A stretch of DNA of 57,815 bases, counting the filler, from Sphacelaria rigidula (lineage: Eukaryota): NCBI GenBank assembly GCA_964200075.2. It is 8 parts of 8 records of this genome, joined end to end, with 100 filler letters (N's around TTAATTAATTAA, not from the genome) between each part and the next. Parts side by side here need not be neighbours in the genome. Positions count along the whole stretch, not along the records: positions 7,241 to 14,380 come from CAXNAA020016296.1; positions 14,481 to 21,620 come from CAXNAA020016297.1; positions 21,721 to 28,860 come from CAXNAA020016298.1; 5 more parts are not named here. One strand, 5' to 3'. The position numbers and the translations under genes were made by a program. Shown piece after piece: positions 12,048 through 23,098 of the stretch; positions within the stretch are counted from its first letter, which is position 1, and each line of letters begins with the position of its first letter. The notes under the pieces are model-generated. The model saw only the letters and a list, made by a program, of their open reading frames with translations. It did no database searches and was not told where the DNA came from.

Positions 12048-13006
12048 CTACACTACACATAGTGACTGGACCTGATTGTACAACTATAGAAGATATTCGG
12101 ATCTTCACGGGGCTCTCTGTCTCAAGTGCTCATATCTTGTTGAGGACCAGTATTTTCATATCTCCTTCAGGTGAGGGGTCACGCACCACCGCGCTCAACC
12201 ATCACAACCGCAGTGACATCACACCGACACAACTTTCAACTTTCCACAGCTCCACCCCCACCTACAGAAGACCAAGCCAATAACACCATCTCATTCTCGA
12301 CCTGCTATATGCTCATATCCGCCTCCGACAAACATCATCAGCTGCAGCAATCACCACCAGCAGCATCATGGCTAGAGGGACTGCATCAGCACGGGTGCAA
12401 GTCGCGGTATACGCAACTACCTTTCTTGCTTCACCGTTCCAACATTTCATCGCGGGTGTGAGGGGCCATCTTTACCTGATGGTACCCGCCAGCCGCAACT
12501 TCGCCGCATTCTCACCTCTCCTAGAAAGGTGAGAAATGACAAGTCATGGGCATTGGTTGTTGCCGTATCTCTGCCTGTGCGTGCTCGTGCTACTCGTCTT
12601 GGCTTGGACGTGTAGTATGTAGTTTACAGGACATGGAGATGCACGCAGGGGCCTTTTTGAGAAGTGGCATCATTTTCAGTATTTTTCAAGTGAAAATGAT
12701 GCCGATTCTCAAAATGATCCGTGTAACACCCCGAGAAACATTTTCGCTCAAAAAGTGCAACCCTACCGTAGCATCACTCATCACGACATATCAAACCGAA
12801 TTTTCGGTCTCCACCGCACTTTCTAAATCGAAAAATGATGTTTCATAACTCCCCAGTCCAGGTTTTTCTCAGACAAAATAATGCTAAATCCCCGCGTCTT
12901 CGGAATGATGATGATTCAACGCTACGGGGAACGACATAATTTTGGCGTCCGTCCCATCATCTCGAAAATAAAAATTGGAGTTCCTAACGGCGTTACCGAC
13001 ACATGA

Positions 13007-13039
<33 letters not shown>

Positions 13040-13047
13040 GTAATCCT

Positions 13048-13428
13048 GTCGCCCCGGTGGCTCAGTTGGTAACCTCGTAATCTTCTGATGGTTGAGTAGG
13101 GGGCTTCGATTCCCGGAGCGATCTGGAATCTTTTCTCACACCATGCCCAACCCTGCAGAGCGACTGTGTCGTGGGTACAACAAAAAAGACGACTTAACGG
13201 TCGACGGGGGAAAGGGATTGCTTAACCCCTCTCGCGAAAAAAAAGGAAGGCAAGCATCGCAGAAGGAAGGTGGGGTATTAAAAACAAATAGAGAAGAAAA
13301 AACTCCTGTTTTGACGTTCCTCCTGTGTGACCCCGGCTGATGCGCCCACATATACCGAACAGTGTAGACTGGTGCCCGGAATAAAAGGGCCGACAACACA
13401 ACACACACACAACACGACAACACACAAA
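13048..13428 (+). mobile_element. tRNA-derived SINE (second copy)
   Basis: A box TGGCTCAGTTGG, B-box-like TTCGATTCC, acceptor-like stem GCCCCGG/CCGGAGC, CA-rich tail; homologous to 8036-8370. Confidence 0.85.
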
Positions 13429-14332
13429 CTGAATTGGACTTCCTAATGGCGTTACTGATATATACGTACGTAAGTAAGCGGTATACCGTCCTCTCTGACG
13501 GAGTACATGCTGCATAGAATATTTTCCATTAACACTACAGACATACTACAACGGTACCGTTGTAAGATTACAATCATTATCGATGTCAGGGAGGAATGAG
13601 TGCCGAGGTGGGAATGAAGATGACGTACCGTATCGTCCTGTCCGTCGTCTTGATAGGCCATATTTCCCTATCTATGATCGTCTCCCGCCACCAACGCTGA
13701 ATCGTCATAACTCATCGCTTTGCGCCTCGATCACGATTCCAAGCGTGGTTGTTTATCTCATGATCTGTACATTCTCACAGTTTGGGCGTATCGGCGAATC
13801 TGAAAGTTTTGTACTCGACTACTGCCGCCGTATGTTCGCCGTGGTCGGCGAATTTGTAAATGTAATACAAATGGTACGTTGATTTCGACGGACGACCCGA
13901 CAGCATTTGCATGCTGCTGTTCCTCGTCATATGCATTTTTTTTGTAGTTCCACAAATTACCCAACATCTTCAGGTATACGATCGTGCTCATCGGCTGATT
14001 TGTCAAATTTTACTCGCCGCTCGTCACAATCGGCGAATTATTAGGGTTGTGAATCGGCTACGTTTTTCGGTCTTTTGAACATCGGTATATCGGCCCAGCC
14101 GATACACCGATTGAATCGCGATTTATCGGCGAGCCATGATCGGCGAGCCGAGGCGAGCCGAGGCGGGAAGGCGCTCGAGGCTCGCCTGTGCGAGCCCCCC
14201 TCGCCCCTCCCCGGCTGGCGAGGGGGCCTCGCTGGAGGCGCCGCCGGAGGCAGAAAATTTGGGCCATTTAACTTCATTTGCCTTCAAAATCCGTGCGAAA
14301 TCGAGGGTTGCTGGAACCGGAATGAACTTCAC

Positions 14333-14380
<48 letters not shown>
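14333..14380 (+). repeat. (TTA)n microsatellite at contig end
   Basis: Direct reading; source of the poly-L and poly-Y ORFs. Confidence 0.95.
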
Positions 14381-14519
14381 NNNNNNNNNNNNNNNNNNNN
14401 NNNNNNNNNNNNNNNNNNNNNNNNTTAATTAATTAANNNNNNNNNNNNNNNNNNNNNNNNNNNNNNNNNNNNNNNNNNNNCGACAGGGGGGTGCTAGGTT
14501 GGGTTGGGGGGGGGGGGGT

Positions 14520-14557
<38 letters not shown>

Positions 14558-16154
14558 GTGTGGGTCCAGGAATATTTTCTGTGCCCTCCTGGGGCGGTCG
14601 ATATTTGTATTATTACGCTCGAAACACTGACAAAAACCGAACAGTGTGGTGGGCCCTGTGGGGTTGTATATCTGCTTTTGCACCTTCCCCGCTCTGTGCC
14701 GATGACCTCAGATGCCGGAGGGCATTTTGTTCACTTTGTATGATTGCTAGAACCTTTTTCGTGATTTTTTCTGGAGAAATCGATCAACAAACACTGCCAA
14801 AATCCGCAAAGTCTGAGAGGTTTTGCGGGGTTCACATGTTTTCTGCTACTTATTGCCCGCTCTCTTTCGATGGCCTCATTCCCCATGCCAATGACCTTTG
14901 TTCACCGCACCTCACCGCATCCGCCAACGCTTCGGTACTGAAGAAGGGGACGGGCGGCTGGGTGTCCCCACCCCCTCCCCCCTTATCCACCCCCATCAGG
15001 AACTGAAATTTCGATATTGGGGCCCACATGTATATTTTTCTTTCTTAACGCTGCCCCTTGGGCCTCATGAAAAATATCACGCGTCCGTTTGCGTTATGTT
15101 TGGTGGGTTACCGGAATATTGCTGTCAAGGGAGGAGTGAATATTTCTACCCGTTCCTGAAAACAAGAAAGACCACATCAGATGACGTTTTCTGGTTGGTG
15201 CTGTATTCATTCTCCTCACCGAATTCGAAATTCCAAGACTCCGCTTACACGTTAGACGGGGGCCACTGTGAAACAGTGACGGTCGACATCACGAAACAAG
15301 AGTGACTACACACCTTGCTGTCGAAGGGTTTGTGGTGTTTTCATTTGTGGAGTGGGACCTTGCTAGGGAATAACGACAAGAAATGGTGACACTGATAGAT
15401 TTATGTAACTCAATTTGGCACTGGTTTGCCAACATTTTGTACTTTTAATACCATACTGTCACGAGGTCACGTGAACGTATTCGGCACAACCGAAAAATGA
15501 AGGCGCACTTTTTTTCGACGTACCTTTGCCATTCTCCATGCTACATCGCGACTCAAGGCGGGAAGAATTGGCCTCCCCCCTATGATGACGTTCAACAACG
15601 CGCATTACTGTCGCAGACTGCAGGACCTGAAGCTTAAAAAAAAACAAAGAAATGAAGGCGCACTTTCCGTGTTTTCAATATGTCTTTGCGGTTCTCCATC
15701 CTAAATTCCAAGACACAGTTATAACAATTGACCTGGTGCAACGATAACAGGCAGCACAACCCACCACTCCTTCTCCACACTCCTCTTTGAAACGACAAAA
15801 AAACGGAAAGAAAAAAATCGATGGCGTTCGTCATACTCGCACGTGCATATGAAGTAAACATGCTTTAAATAGACACGCACAAATCGTGTGTGACTTCCCA
15901 ATTCTGGGATGTTTGTACTGTCGGTCGCACGGTACTCGCAGTCCAAATTATTTCACGATCACTTTGCCTCCGCTCTGTGGTTCATCGGAATAACCTTCAG
16001 GCTGGCGACAACCAAAGCCCGAACAACTCAGGCGATTTTCTGTCGATACGACCTCGGACGGTGCCACACAGCACGATCGACGCAGGGGGCTCGTGGTTCC
16101 GCGGATCCGGGTGCGGATGCAAGGACAGAAACGAACGGGGTCATTCAAACTCAC

Positions 16155-16591
16155 CGGTAGGATACAGTGCATCCACTTGGTCATGCACAGCTTTGTACCG
16201 TTGTCTGATATACGTCATCGCTGTGGGGTCGACCGTCGTCAGTTCGAACGGCGGGGCTTGTTCGACAAGGGGAAGGCCACCTCGGAAGAAAACCCGAGGC
16301 TCACCCTTGTACACTCCCGCGGCGGTTTTCCCGGTGAAAGTCGGTGCGTGCATGGACTCCTTCATGCCCACTGTCACCTGATTATCCCCAGCGGGCCTCA
16401 ACTCGAACGCACGCGGGTGACTGACGCCTGGGATGGTGATAACCCGGCCGCCACTGAGACAGGCGTCCTTGAAATTTCCCAGCGCACGAAGCGTGGTGGT
16501 GTGAACCGGCAACTCCTTGTAGGCATCTCTGAAGGCGTCAGCTTGCTGTCGCCGCGTGAACAGATCGACCCCCTTGCAATAGACCGACAGC
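16155..16591 (-). CDS. Sola-type transposase C-terminal-region exon
   Basis: Acceptor CATTCAG|G completes AGG (Arg); LSVYCKGVDLFTRRQQADAFRDAYKELPVH... is stop-free to donor G|GTGAGT. Confidence 0.8.
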
Positions 16592-16885
16592 CTGAATGCG
16601 CGGTATGTACGTGGATATGCATCATCCGACGCAGGAAGCGAGGCCGTTGATGCGGGGGACGGTCAGTCATTCGCGGACGGTCAAACGCCGCAATAGCGCT
16701 GGGATTTCGGCGTCAGTCACGGCATCCATTCGCGAAGTTCCGGACGACACCTCTTTTTGTTTCCTTGGGGCGGTGGACCGACGAATACTATATAAATCTT
16801 TTGTTTTGGAGACGTGGACCCCCAGAATCTCAGACCGAAAGGCCTCTCCGGGGGTCTGTTTTTGCTGTGTCGCTGGAGGGGGGGG

Positions 16886-16978
16886 TGTAGTCATGGTCAT
16901 GCATGCCATACCCAAAAGACGATGGACCTTGCATCCCTATAAAGCCGGGACGGAGCACGCCGGGTTTTCGCCGGATCA
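16886..16978 (+). repeat. 93-bp TG..CA repeat flanked by G runs, inside a transposase intron
   Basis: Same length as, and homologous to, the reverse complement of 54529-54621. Confidence 0.8.
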
Positions 16979-17878
16979 GGGTCGTTGAATGGGGAGGTGG
17001 GGGGGGGAAGGGGGTGAAAATACGGCAAAGCACTGGACCACTTCTGTTTAATCTCGTGTGTCCCAAGAGACGCCGCTCGCTACACGTTTGTGGTTCTCCA
17101 TACTAGGTTTCAAATGACATTTCTAAAAATTGAGCTGAAAATTGAGATAACGTACAAGAGCAATTTTCATTTATCCTCAAAACTACACGACAAATACAAG
17201 AAAATGAAGACATGATGAAAAACAAGGCGACTACTCTGGTCTGAGATTCACGTGTGTAGCCTACGACGACGTGCTTCGTTTTCCGGTATCGCCACTTTGA
17301 GAGATAGCCACGACTGGAACTTTCATCCCCTTCGTACGGACTTGAGGTCTGCCTGCACCGCACATGATATACCTCGACTACCGTTATGGTTACGTCAACA
17401 ACAGAGTGCAAACTTGCCAAAACAAACGGTAACGTGGCGGCCGAGCGTACGGAGTGAGTGGCAAGTTCTACGGCATCATGGCCGACTGTCCCAAAGCCCA
17501 TGAGGGGTACGGGGGAAGAGAGGGCGGCCGAGGGGGGGGGGTCCTAGTATGATGTTCACGCTTTCTACGACAAGGCAGGGTATACACTGCTGCTTTAGCG
17601 TGATAAACGTCCGCGTGGGTTAGGCGCCGGCGGGTCGCTTGTTTCAAGCGGGGGAAACCGCGGGGATTAATGTACCAACCCTGGTGGACGTTGACATCCC
17701 GAGCGTTTGATCCCCGAAAAACCCTCCCGTGCAAACCTCCCGGATTCATGTCCATCGCGGGAGAACAGGAGGCAAGCATGCACTCAACAGGCTCGACACT
17801 AGGCCAACCGCATGTTTCTCAAAGAATCGCGTGGCAGTCGACAGCACCGCCAACATCGGCGTCATATGACGTACTTGC

Positions 17879-18128
17879 CTCGAGAACACCTGATCGATGA
17901 GGATGTGCGTGTGCCCCACCATCATAAAGTTGATTTCCACTCGGCCCACTACGCCGCGCCCAACGAGCGAGCCCATGTACCCCAAGAGAATGTGATTCTT
18001 GTTCTCTCCAACGCAATTGTCGACTTGGATGTACAGTTCGGGGATGTATGGGTCCTTCTCCTCTACGTGGTGCGTCTCGAACAGGCGAGACAGTGCCCGA
18101 TGAATGGCCGTACAGATGAGGTTTCTAC
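17879..18128 (-). CDS. Sola-type transposase core exon (second and third candidate Asp)
   Basis: Acceptor CACGCAG|, GC-type donor AG|GCAAGT; LYIQVDNCVGENKN...VGHTHILIDQVFS. Confidence 0.9.
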
Positions 18129-18250
18129 CTGCGTGCGCAGAACAACAAGAGCATTCAAGCATTACGAACGGCGAGGATATACGGAGATTCTCGTACAAAG
18201 ATGTGATATCATGGTCGCGGGGTTATGCTTCAACCGTCTTCCTACCTGTA

Positions 18251-18416
18251 GAGTCATCCTACCATAGAGGGGGGGAGTATTTGATTGCACGAAAAAAGAG
18301 GCTCATAAGTGTGTCAGACATCCNNNNNNNNNNGCTGCTTTCAACGACGATCTGACTGGAAATTTCGAGCAACAAATGGCCCAAAATACCCCCCCCCCCC
18401 TATCGTAGGATGACTC
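18251..18416. mobile_element. GAG-TIR (Sola-like) non-autonomous element with an internal 10-N gap, inside a transposase intron
   Basis: TIRs GAGTCATCCTACCATAGAGGGGGGG / CCCCCCCTATCGTAGGATGACTC; the right arm matches 21550-21620 in reverse. Confidence 0.75.
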
Positions 18417-18499
18417 ATACGTCGCCCATCGTCCTCTCAAATGATGACCTTAATTTTTTTTGTACCTTGGGGCGGGTAGTACAGCACGCTGTCACGGCG

Positions 18500-18592
18500 T
18501 CAGGGGAACGCTCATATACAGGGAACCAACTGATCTCGACGAACTGCCCTTCAATCAGAACGGCCATCACCTTCTGGCGTTCGGAGAAGCCC
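18500..18592 (-). CDS. Sola-type transposase exon (3' boundary unresolved)
   Basis: Acceptor GCGTAG|G completes codon AAG from the previous exon; GFSERQKVMAVLIEGQFVEISWFP. Confidence 0.65.
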
Positions 18593-19741
18593 CTACGCAA
18601 TGAGGTGACGAATAACGCAATGGTCGTCGTCAGCCCCAAGGTGTGTGTAAATATATTATCGTTGTCAGCGATGTCTTGAGGTTCGTGGTAAATGAATGAG
18701 GCCCGCAGACAGGCACTAAATGATCGAGTGGCGAACAACAGCAAGTAACTGCCGGCAAGCTGTGCGGCGGGTTGTAGTGTGTCACGTCGATCCCGTGGGC
18801 GGACTCTCATTCGACGTTATCGCCATTCGCGGACAACGCAGGCCATGTGACGCCATGAGACTGTTTCGGCCTCGACTCGTATGATACGGCGGCAAATGCC
18901 ATGACAATTTCGACGTGCTACGTACGTTTCCACGCCGCCTACGGTACTGCGACAGGTGAAGTTCGGATGCACGGGAGACAAGGGTAGCACCGGCAGAAAA
19001 AAATGAAGTGAAATGATGTTTTCGAGTAGGGGGGCGTGTTTCGCACCGCTAATGAATGACTGAAGCCGTTTTAGAGCCATCGAACGCGGTTGAGACATAG
19101 CAAGTGTGCGCGGATGGAGGGAAAACGCCCCCAAACCATGGACGCGTAGTCAAGTAAGTGCTACACTCGTGTTTTGTGTGTGGCGCGCGATTGACACGCT
19201 TGATATCAACCATGGGTGACGACGGCGGCGTTCATTCCCACATATCCGCTCCCATCCAAAACCTGTGGGGAATGTGCGGCGCAGTGGCTGTCGGCACCGC
19301 TTTCGACTACGAGAGGAGATGGTATTGAATACTTGAATAGCCGTTGATCACAGTTGGGGGAGGGGGCATGAGGTAGCTGGGGACACATCAGCACGGAAGG
19401 ACATCATCAAAGGACATCATGTCCACCTGGAGAATCTCCGGCATGAGCCGTCGCGTTTAAGCCAACAGATGGCGCGACAGTGATCAAGTGTGCACCCCAT
19501 CCCCCGTCTGCCCCCCGACCCCATGCCCAACGTCATTATCATCTTGCATGCACGTTATGTACAGGGTTAGTGCTCACATTACATTCATGCCCATCCCGGG
19601 TCCTACAAAGAAATGAAAACGCGCGGTGCAGCCCGCGTGGAAGCTATTGATCCGAATGCGGTGGGCTGCGACGAAGCCCTCGTGCTCGCGAGACCCGAAG
19701 CAAGGCGATAGCGAGGCCTCTTGAACATAAGTTGCACTCAC

Positions 19742-19905
19742 TTGTCCGTTCCGTGCGTGACTGTCGAGTACATAGGTAGCGCGAACGCCGTTTGATTGGC
19801 CGCATCTGCTTGGAGCGACACGCATTTCAGCGGGGTCAGCTCCGCCCTCGCCCGACGTGCCGCGCCAGTGATGTTGGCGAGATATTGTCGATCCCGATCG
19901 ACGCT
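19742..19905 (-). CDS. Sola-type transposase exon with first candidate catalytic Asp (SLQAD)
   Basis: Acceptor CGCAG|AGC, donor AA|GTGAGT (phase 2); SVDRDRQYL...CVSLQADAANQTAFALPMYSTVTHGTD. Confidence 0.75.
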
Positions 19906-21077
19906 CTGCGAAGCTTTGGGGGGGATGAAGCGGGAGAGGATCGAGAAGAGGTGAACACGGCCATCTGTAGAAGGGGGTACGGCGGCAGCGGGGTAGGGAT
20001 TGGGCGGGTGCGACGACACTTTCGGTGGACTACAAGTTATTTTGTACTCCGACCCCTTGTACACGCTTGTGCTGTCAGATTCAGGGTTGGGTATGGCCAG
20101 CGGCTTGAACGCCTTGCGATAGGTGAGCAAAACATTCTCCAAACTACAAGGTACGCAGTTGGAACGGTACGAACACTGTCACCACACGTCGAAGCAGACC
20201 CGTCTGTCGCACGAAGCGAGGGGCCTTGCAGAGTGTACCTTTTCATGCACTCCGCGCCCCCCCCCGTCCCCCACGGGCGGTCGAGAAAGACAATGAACTG
20301 GGGCCGTGCACTGGCTTCTCCGGCCAGTTAACTTCAAACTGGCCGCTGGCGCGCCCAGTACATCGATTGTTTCCCAGTCAATCTGCTTCGCCGATTGACG
20401 GGAAAACAATCATCGACGAGCGGCGACGCCGCCAGCTGCCAACGGCCCTCCCCGGCTGGTGAGGGGGTCCCGCGGGAGCGCCGCCGCAGGCGAGAAAAAA
20501 TGCGGTATTCAGCTCGTTTTTTCTTCAATCATGTGGAAAATTATACGCAATGTGACCCCTCGCATTGAGGAGTCAAACGTCTTGGGTGACGCAGGAGTGC
20601 CCGACAAAAAACTCTCCGAAATCCGACGTACTCTCCCCCCTGCGGCGGTCCTACGATTGTTTTTTCACATGGAGAAACCCTCAATAAATAGCCATTTCGG
20701 GGTGACTTCGGTGACGTGGCGCCCATGACTGTTGGCCCTATCTGCCACCAAAAGCTGCGACGCACATTGGGTGCAAGTCGACTGTGCAGGTAGTTGCGTC
20801 TAGCCTAATTGGGCAAGCCCCTTTTTCCTTTGTGGCATTTGTCTGGTCTTGTTGTCGTGGAAGTTTGATGAGCGATGTATCGCCGAAACCCACGAATATT
20901 GATTGGTTGATTGATTGATTTGATTGATTATCTCGCATTAGCTGATTGCAACAATCCAGCCCGTGGTCGGGAGCAGCAAAAATAGAACAGAATAATAATA
21001 AAAATACAATAAAGCAAGAAAGGAACAGAAAAACGACAGAAGCAACGGCCTCAGAAAGGAAAGAAAGCGGGCAGCGA

Positions 21078-21099
21078 TAACAACAACAACAACAACACC

Positions 21100-21131
<32 letters not shown>

Positions 21132-21140
21132 CAACAACAA
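21078..21140 (+). repeat. (CAA)n/(CAC)n microsatellite
   Basis: Direct reading. Confidence 0.9.
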
Positions 21141-21549
21141 ACAATAACAGGAACGAACAGCAGTAACAATAAAATAATGACAAACACAAAGACAAGCACA
21201 AGCACGAACAAAGACAAACAGGATTATGATCATGCATTACGTAGCTGATTGCAACACTCCAGCTCGTAATCAGAAACAAAAAAAAGGAGAAACATGAAAA
21301 AAATGAGAGGAAAATGAAAGAAAGGAAAGAAAAATAATGATAGAACGTGAAAATAAATAAATAATAGAATGTAAAAAAAAGGGAATACAATAGACAAGAG
21401 GACAGAACCAGGCTCGTTCCGGCAGCGGGGGGGGGAGGGGGGGGAAGCACAGAATATATATTTAACTTGGCCTCACTTGGCTCCGAAGCTATGCGAAAAA
21501 ATGAAGCTTCATGAACACGAATTTTAATTTTTCTATACTGCTTATCTAT

Positions 21550-21620
21550 GAGTCATCCTACGATTGGGGGGAGGGGGTATTTTGGGCCATTTGTTGCTCG
21601 AAATTTCGAGTCAGATCGTC
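21550..21620 (+). mobile_element. End of another GAG-TIR element, cut by the contig end
   Basis: Near-perfect reverse complement of 18346-18416; a related TIR end occurs at about 53838-53855. Confidence 0.75.
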
Positions 21621-23007
21621 NNNNNNNNNNNNNNNNNNNNNNNNNNNNNNNNNNNNNNNNNNNNTTAATTAATTAANNNNNNNNNNNNNNNNNNNNNNNN
21701 NNNNNNNNNNNNNNNNNNNNTTGATTCTCATTTCAAAATACCTTCTCATTTTTCTGGCAACCCTGTTCGTAGCTGTTGTATGTATGCGGGGGGCTGTGAA
21801 GTGCCGTGGGCCGGCTTGCTTCCTGTGTCGAGAACCGCGCGATCTCAAGTGCTACAGCTGTCCTATACTCTTCTAAGTTAATAACTGATAAAGCGTGTGT
21901 TCTGTTCGTGCGGGCCTCGGCACAGGTGCGACCACCTACTGACGTGTTCATTATTCCTCCGCTTCTCCATTGTTTTCTCGTGAGGTGGAGTTTTGGTCGT
22001 AAGGCCCCCCATTACGACCCCTAACTGTGCACAGGCATGTCGGTGTTCATGTATTTATGGTCTTCACTGGCGAGCACGACGTACTGTGTACAGCCGATTC
22101 GCAGCCTTCACCAATTAAAAGAGGTTGCCCGTCAGAAATGGGAGCACGTATTTGGTTGCTCGAGCGCGTACTGGAGGGGAGGTTGTTCAACGGCGACCCC
22201 ATCCCCGTGGCTAGCCTGACACCTCGCGATGGTGTGTGTCGCTATCCCAAGGTTATTCCAATTTCATAAAGTGAAATTGGTTTCTGCTCCGGGTGAAAAT
22301 TCGACTCACCAGTTTTTTTCGACATCATTTTTGCAATTTCATTTCGCGACTTCATTTTTTCGACTCCACGTTTGCCACTTTATTTTTCCTCCTTCATTTT
22401 CGCGACTCGAGTTTTGCTAGTTTTTTTCCACTCTAAAACCCCTATTAATTTAGGGTTTTGGAGGGAAAACTCTGTCAAACATGAACATGACGCATCTTGC
22501 TCCGAGGGGCACGTGGACACATAGCAGTTGCTACTGCCTGCCTAGTATCATCCTTCAAGTCGAAGTCTTGAGTGAGAACGCCCAGCGTGCAGCTGCTTGA
22601 CGCGACCACTGCGTTCTGCCACGGACCCTTCCCCACATATTCGATAAGGGGGCAACATCCCCGTACAGACAGCAGCAATGCTATCGGGTCCGACGTCCTG
22701 ACAGTCTGGCAGCCTGCAAGATGGCTATGGTAGTGTCCTTCTAGCGATATTAACTTAAAGTGTACTGGAGCAGAGTTTGCAGGTGAATATTTTGGCGATT
22801 TGCCTTACCTGCAGTTTGCCCAGATGTTGCGCATGTTTTTCACGATCTTACTGAGCAACATTACATACATTTACATGTGGGAATGTACTAGACCCTGCAT
22901 TATAAGTGAAAACGCACCAGATCCCGCAATATATGTGGAAATATACCAGACCATGGACAAATATTTGTACAGTCAGTCCGAACACGATGTTAAAAGTGCA
23001 CTGCGCG

Positions 23008-23098
23008 TAGTGTGTTGTGTATGTTGTCGTCCCATCTATTCTGGACGCCGGTCTCCACCTTTCGGTATATGTGTGCGCACCAGCCTCGGCTGTGTCAC
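23008..23098 (-). mobile_element. 3' fragment of the tRNA-SINE family
   Basis: Reverse complement matches the ..GCGC(A/C)CACATATACCGAA..GACGACAACA..CACAC tail of the 8036 and 13048 copies. Confidence 0.7.

Larger units (their letters stand above)
16155..19905 (-). mobile_element. Intron-containing Sola-type DDD transposase gene (partial model)
   Basis: Exons 19905-19742, 18592-~18500, 18128-17879 and 16591-16155 give the motifs CVSLQADAANQTAFALP, VMAVLIEG, RNLICTAIHRAL, LYIQVDNCVGENKN and FMMVGHTHILIDQVFSRLS in the order known for Sola transposases. Confidence 0.85.

Noticed and set aside
14075-15006. Poly-L/Y/G/P ORFs (also 20738-21450, 32752-33305, 56932-57398)
   Set aside because: Translations of microsatellites, homopolymers and N gaps.
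19906-20250. Additional 5' transposase exon(s)
   Set aside because: An open frame exists (19738-20142), but I could not assign convincing splice sites or motifs.
22033-22231. Exon after CTAAC..CACAG acceptor
   Set aside because: Splice-like signals are present, but there is no recognisable peptide in any frame and no partner exon.
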